A stretch of DNA of 64,000 nucleotides from Nannocystis bainbridge (GTDB taxonomy: Bacteria; Myxococcota_A; Polyangia; Nannocystales; Nannocystaceae). Location of the stretch: the NCBI RefSeq assembly GCF_028368995.1, contig NZ_JAQNDL010000005.1:640001-704000 (forward strand). The letters run 5' to 3'. The position numbers and the translations under genes are program-made. The notes below the pieces were generated by a model. It was not told where the DNA came from and made no database searches. It saw only the letters and a program-made list of their open reading frames with translations. Of the stretch, positions 63,456-64,000 are shown piece after piece (positions within the stretch are counted from its first letter, which is position 1; each line of letters starts with the position of its first letter).

Positions 63456-63821
63456 TCATTCCGGCGAGCGCCCGCAATAGCGATGGACCAGCCCGAGCAG
63501 CAGGTCGAGGTCGATCGGCTTGCGCACGAACCCGGCCACCCCGGCGGGCGCGGCCTTGGGGTGCGCCGCGGACATCACCACCACCGGCAGCGCGAGCAAT
63601 CGGTCGTGGTGGCGCAGGCGGTCGACGACCTGCCAGCCGTCGAGCACCGGCATCATCAGGTCGAGCAAGATGAGGCACGGCTCACGGTCCTCGCCGTGAA
63701 GGTAGGCCAGGGCCTCCTCGCCGTTGGCGACCCCGTGGACCAGGTAGCCCTCGCCCCGCAGCAGGTCGGCCACGCCCTCGCGGATGTCGTCGTCGTCCTC
63801 CACCAGCAAGATCGGCAGCAT
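63456..63821 (-). CDS. single-domain response regulator
   Basis: ILLVEDDDDIR, LLDLMMPVLDG, VMSA, RKPID. Confidence 0.92.
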   Translation of the reverse strand: MLPILLVEDDDDIREGVADLLRGEGYLVHGVANGEEALAYLHGEDREPCLILLDLMMPVLDGWQVVDRLRHHDRLLALPVVVMSAAHPKAAPAGVAGFVRKPIDLDLLLGLVHRYCGRSPE

Positions 63822-64000
63822 CGATCTTACGATGGGAGCAATGAGCGGCCCCGACAAGCGCGGCCGAGGTCGCTGCGCATATTGCGAGCCATCCAGGCCC
63901 AGCGGGGCCGCGCAGGCCCACGCGGCGGGTTTTGGCCGGACCACGTCGCCGGGCCGGCGCGCGCCCGGCGATGGCCACACGATCGAAGGCACCATGTCCC

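Overview
High-GC window typical of a myxobacterium. The many lipoproteins with Thr/Ser/Gly-rich linkers, Ser/Thr kinase-TPR proteins and MglA/roadblock paralogs suggest a Nannocystis-like host; this is an inference. About 45 CDS are supported; no rRNA, tRNA, CRISPR array or transposase was recognised. Highlights: (1) a tightly coupled minus-strand operon (37460-32115) of an Ldh_2/ComC-like reductase, a PEP mutase-adenylation enzyme fusion, a carrier protein and an MBOAT, read as a Dlt-like system for exporting or attaching a phosphonate acyl unit (probably phosphonolactate), with a perfect AT-rich palindrome upstream; (2) a 14-bp palindrome, TGTCC-N4-GGACA, that is strongly over-represented, forms 14-bp-period arrays between genes and builds the Pro-rich linker of an MglA-like GTPase; (3) an NRPS/PKS-free tailoring cluster (7181-15783) with a heme-oxygenase-like diiron enzyme, two PLP enzymes, two methyltransferases and a possible RRE-GT-A protein; (4) a roadblock / REC-DUF4388 / MglA-pseudokinase signalling operon; (5) a low-GC two-gene island resembling an uncharacterised anti-phage module. 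All assignments come from motifs read by eye; no database search was run.
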